From the NCBI RefSeq assembly GCF_050920415.1, contig NZ_CP169309.1: 64,000 nucleotides of DNA; one strand, 5' to 3'. Origin of the DNA: Escherichia coli (GTDB lineage: Bacteria; Pseudomonadota; Gammaproteobacteria; Enterobacterales; Enterobacteriaceae). The notes beneath the pieces were generated by a model. That model was given only the letters and a program-made list of their open reading frames with translations. It made no database searches and was not told the DNA's origin. This document shows positions 59,549 through 64,000 of this stretch, in pieces. The translations under genes and the position numbers were made by a program. How positions within the stretch are numbered: the first letter of the stretch is position 1; each line of letters opens with the position of its first letter.

Positions 59549-60743
59549 TATTTACCCCCTCACGATCTAAAGCGCGCAGCAGCATTCCTTTCGAAATGAT
59601 GCCGACATACTGTTGGTCCTCGTCGACCACGGGCACCGCACAGGGCGCTTGTCCGACATGAGAGAGCAACTCGCTAAGAGGCGTTTGCGCATCGACTGCT
59701 AATGGCGCATCAATCAGCGCCGCATCAAGACCTTGCTGCTGCGTTAACGCGGTTTTAAGCGAATCGATAGACACAGCGCCGACAAACTTATTACCGCGTT
59801 CGATAACGTAGCCATATTCGCGGTCTTCATCCTGCAATAATTTCAATGCCGAACGTGGGCCGAAGCCAGGGGTTTTACGAATTAAGCCATTCGGTGTCCG
59901 ACGGGCAATATCTTTCGCACTGAATACCTGACTAATATCAACGCCACGGAAGAAGGTACGGACATAATCATTCGCCGGATTATTGAGAATTTCATCCGGT
60001 GTGCCAACCTGCACCACTTCACCATTTTGCATAATGGCAATTCGGTCGCCAATACGCATAGCTTCGTCGAGATCGTGGGAAATAAAGACAATGGTACGTT
60101 GATGTTTCGCCTGTAATTTTACCAGCTCATCCTGCATCTCAGTGCGAATTAATGGATCAAGCGCCGAGAAGGCTTCGTCCATTAATAATATATCCGGATT
60201 AATTGCTAATGCGCGGGCTAATCCGACGCGTTGACGCATCCCACCAGAGAGTTCGTCCGGGTAGCTATGGGCATAATTTTCCAGCCCGACCTGACGCAGT
60301 GCATCAAGGGCTTTTTCCCGGCGTTCTTCGGCATTAATTCCGGCCAATTCCATACCGAATGCAGTATTGTCCAGCACGGTCATATGCGGCATTAAGGCAA
60401 AGGACTGGAAGACCATCGCAATCTTTTTTCTGCGCACCTCACGGAGTTCGGCGTCGGATATTTTGGCAATATCCACACCATCAATCAGCACTTGCCCGCG
60501 GGTGGGTTCAATCAGGCGATTGAGAAGGCGTACCATTGTGGATTTACCCGAACCGGATAATCCCATGATGACAAATATCTCGCCTTCTTCAATGGCCAGA
60601 CTGGCGTCTTTTACGCCAAGCGATAGCCCGGTTTTTTCCAGAATTTGTTCTTTTGAAAGTCCTTGTTCGATATATTTGAACGCTCGCTGAGGATGCTCGC
60701 CAAATATTTTATAGAGATTTTTAATTTCTAATTTAATTGCCAT
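59541..60743 (-). CDS. proV: Glycine betaine/proline ABC transporter ATP-binding protein with tandem CBS domains
   Basis: 400-aa ORF; Walker [13 protein letters not shown] signature LSGGMRQR. Confidence 0.96.
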   Translation of the reverse strand: MAIKLEIKNLYKIFGEHPQRAFKYIEQGLSKEQILEKTGLSLGVKDASLAIEEGEIFVIMGLSGSGKSTMVRLLNRLIEPTRGQVLIDGVDIAKISDAELREVRRKKIAMVFQSFALMPHMTVLDNTAFGMELAGINAEERREKALDALRQVGLENYAHSYPDELSGGMRQRVGLARALAINPDILLMDEAFSALDPLIRTEMQDELVKLQAKHQRTIVFISHDLDEAMRIGDRIAIMQNGEVVQVGTPDEILNNPANDYVRTFFRGVDISQVFSAKDIARRTPNGLIRKTPGFGPRSALKLLQDEDREYGYVIERGNKFVGAVSIDSLKTALTQQQGLDAALIDAPLAVDAQTPLSELLSHVGQAPCAVPVVDEDQQYVGIISKGMLLRALDREGVNNG

Positions 60744-60811
60744 GCAATAGAAAGATTCCTGTTATTTGTTTATGTCGATACATTACCCAATGGAAATAGT
60801 CACTTTTTTCT

Positions 60812-60839
60812 ACCCTAACATACTGAGAATCTGAGGCAA
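60812..60839 (-). promoter_or_regulatory. proU P2 promoter (-35 TTGCCT, 16-bp spacer, -10 TAGGGT)
   Basis: Minus-strand TTGCCTcagattctcagtatgtTAGGGT about 70 bp upstream of the proV ATG; AT-rich region further upstream. Confidence 0.75.
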
Positions 60840-61098
60840 CCCCTGATGGCAAATGTGGCATGAATATTGATGCGAGCAAATCGCCGGAATTTCCCATGAT
60901 ATAAGGGCTGAGAGCAAATCGAGAAAGTTGATATTTTTTTGTCATAGATAGCGAAAAAACGCCTGAATATTGTGGTTTCAGGCGAATAATGCAACAGAGT
61001 ATCAGTGTAGATCACCACAAAATATTTGCGTGATAAAAAGCTATTTGGCGGGAATTATTTCCCCTGCTGAAGTTGGTGAAATTTTGAAAAATAACCGG

Positions 61099-62067
<969 letters not shown>

Positions 62068-64000
62068 TTAAAGCGCGCAGGAGACGCAGCCTTCAATTTC
62101 AGTACCTTCCAGCGCCATCTGACGCAGGCGGATGTAGTAGAGCGTTTTGATACCTTTGCGCCAGGCGTAAATCTGCGCTTTGTTGATATCGCGAGTGGTG
62201 GCGGTATCGGGGAAAAACAGTGTCAGCGACAGTCCTTGATCGACATGGCGAGTCGCTTCGGCGTAGGTGTCGATGATCTTTTCTGCGCCGATTTCGTAAG
62301 CGTCCTGATACAGCGCCAGATTCTCGTTAGTCATAAACGGGGCAGGGTAGTAAACGCGTCCTGTTTTGCCTTCTTTGCGTATCTCTACTTTCGCCACAAT
62401 CGGATGAATACTCGACGTGGCATGGTTGATATAAGAGATGGAACCGGTTGGCGGCACCGCCTGGAGATTTTGGTTGTATATGCCATAGCGCATCACGTCG
62501 TCGCGCAGTTGCGCCCACATTTCGCGGGTAGGTAACGTGATGCTGCTACGAGCAAACAACTCGCCAACTTTCGCCGTTTTCGGTTGCCAGTTACCTTGCA
62601 GATATTGGCTAAAATATTCACCGCTGGCATAGCGTGACTGTTTGAACCCGGCGAAGGTTTCACCGCGTTCGCGCGCCAGCAACATTGAGGTACGCAGCGC
62701 GTGCCAGGTGATGGTGTAGAAATAGAGATTGGTGAAATCCAGTGCTTCCGGCGAACCATAGGCGATGCCTTCTCGCGCCAGATAACCGTGTAAATTCATC
62801 TGCCCCAGACCGATAGCGTGTGAGGCGGCATTTCCGGCTTCGATGGACGGCACGCTGCGAATATGACTCATATCTGACACCGCAGTTAAACCGCGCACGG
62901 CAGTCTCTACCGTGCGGGCAAAGTCGGGGGAATCCATGGTGTGGGCAATATTCAACGAACCTAAATTGCAGGAAATATCATGGCCTGTGCGGGCATAGTC
63001 GAGATTCTCGTCATACTCTGAGGCGCTGTTAATCTGTAAAATTTCTGAGCAGAGATTGCTCATATTTATACGCCCGGCAATAGGGTTAGCACGGTTAACC
63101 GTGTCTTCATACATGATGTAGGGATAGCCGGATTCAAACTGGATCTCCGCCAGCCGCTGGAAGAAATCACGGGCGTTGATGTATTTTTTACGGATGCGTT
63201 CATCGGCTACCAGTTCGGCATAGTGTTCGCTGATGGCGATATCGGCAAACGGCTTGCCATAAACTCGCTCAACGTCATAGGGCGAAAACAGCGCCATCTG
63301 CGCATTCTCTTTTGCCAGATGGAAGGTGATATCCGGGATAACCACGCCCAGCGACAGTGTTTTAATGCGGATTTTCTCGTCGGCATTTTCCCGTTTCGTA
63401 TCGAGAAAACGCAGAATATCGGGATGATGGGCATGTAAATAGACTGCGCCAGCACCCTGACGCGCGCCGAGCTGGTTGGCATAAGAAAATGCGTCCTCCA
63501 GCATTTTCATCACCGGAATCACGCCAGAGGATTGATTTTCAATACGTTTAATTGGTGCGCCCGCTTCCCTCAGATTCGACAGCAAAAATGCCACGCCGCC
63601 GCCGCGTTTCGACAGTTGTAGTGCGGAATTTACTGCCCGGCCAATCGACTCCATATTGTCTTCAATACGCAGCAAAAAACAGGAAACCAGTTCGCCGCGC
63701 TGCCGCTTACCGCAGTTGAGGAATGTCGGTGTTGCAGGCTGAAAGCGTCCTGACAGCATCTCATCGGTCAGTTGCGTAGCCAGTGTTTTATCGCCTTGTG
63801 CCAGCGTCAGCGCCACCATCGTGACTCGATCGGCAAAATCTTCCAGATAACGCTTACCGTCGAATGTCTTCAACGTATAGCTGGTGTAAAACTTCCATGC
63901 TCCGAGGAATGTCTGAAAACGAAAACCGCTGGCGTGTGCGTGGGCAAACAGTGTAATGACAAAATCGCGAGAGTAGCGATTAAGGACGCTTTCATCATAG
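62068..64000 (-). CDS. nrdE: Class Ib ribonucleotide reductase alpha subunit, C-terminal ~640 aa; N-terminus lies beyond the window end
   Basis: Minus-strand frame stays open to position 64000; catalytic motifs NLCSEI and C-terminal CxxC (EGCVSCAL). Confidence 0.93.
   Translation of the reverse strand, partial: YDESVLNRYSRDFVITLFAHAHASGFRFQTFLGAWKFYTSYTLKTFDGKRYLEDFADRVTMVALTLAQGDKTLATQLTDEMLSGRFQPATPTFLNCGKRQRGELVSCFLLRIEDNMESIGRAVNSALQLSKRGGGVAFLLSNLREAGAPIKRIENQSSGVIPVMKMLEDAFSYANQLGARQGAGAVYLHAHHPDILRFLDTKRENADEKIRIKTLSLGVVIPDITFHLAKENAQMALFSPYDVERVYGKPFADIAISEHYAELVADERIRKKYINARDFFQRLAEIQFESGYPYIMYEDTVNRANPIAGRINMSNLCSEILQINSASEYDENLDYARTGHDISCNLGSLNIAHTMDSPDFARTVETAVRGLTAVSDMSHIRSVPSIEAGNAASHAIGLGQMNLHGYLAREGIAYGSPEALDFTNLYFYTITWHALRTSMLLARERGETFAGFKQSRYASGEYFSQYLQGNWQPKTAKVGELFARSSITLPTREMWAQLRDDVMRYGIYNQNLQAVPPTGSISYINHATSSIHPIVAKVEIRKEGKTGRVYYPAPFMTNENLALYQDAYEIGAEKIIDTYAEATRHVDQGLSLTLFFPDTATTRDINKAQIYAWRKGIKTLYYIRLRQMALEGTEIEGCVSCAL

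Overview
This window is a ~64 kb stretch of Escherichia coli chromosome, collinear (in reverse orientation) with the K-12 region ygbJ-ygbI-pphB-mutS-ygbA-fhlA-hypEDCBA / hycABCDEFGHI-ascBFG-hydN-hypF-norWVR-gutQ-srlR-gutM-srlDBEA-mltB-pncC-recA-recX-alaS-csrA-serV-argVYZQ-yqaBA-gshA-micA-luxS-emrBA-mprA-ygaHZY-proXWV-nrdFE. Gene calls rest on the supplied ORF translations matched to protein families I recognise; start codons were adjusted where the six-frame ORF carries an N-terminal extension. It is not K-12 itself: ygaY is intact, and three small accessory insertions sit at intergenic positions where, from my memory of the K-12 gene order (not checked here), no genes are annotated. The most interesting is a translationally coupled two-gene cassette between luxS and emrB encoding an ATP-dependent RNA-ligase-family protein and an HD-phosphohydrolase/P-loop kinase fusion, which I interpret as an RNA healing-and-sealing (RNA repair) module. 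The other two are a HigB/HigA-like toxin-antitoxin pair between hycI and ascB, and a 79-aa two-helix membrane protein ORF in an enlarged mltB-pncC spacer. The window also carries recognisable regulatory DNA (sigma54 promoters for hycA, hypA and norV, NorR boxes, a LexA box at recA, an NsrR-like site at ygbA, AscG-type palindromes, proU P2), the MicA sRNA, a Ser/Arg tRNA array with tRNA-fragment-containing spacers, and several REP/BIME elements. No IS elements, prophage genes, CRISPR arrays or rRNA were seen.
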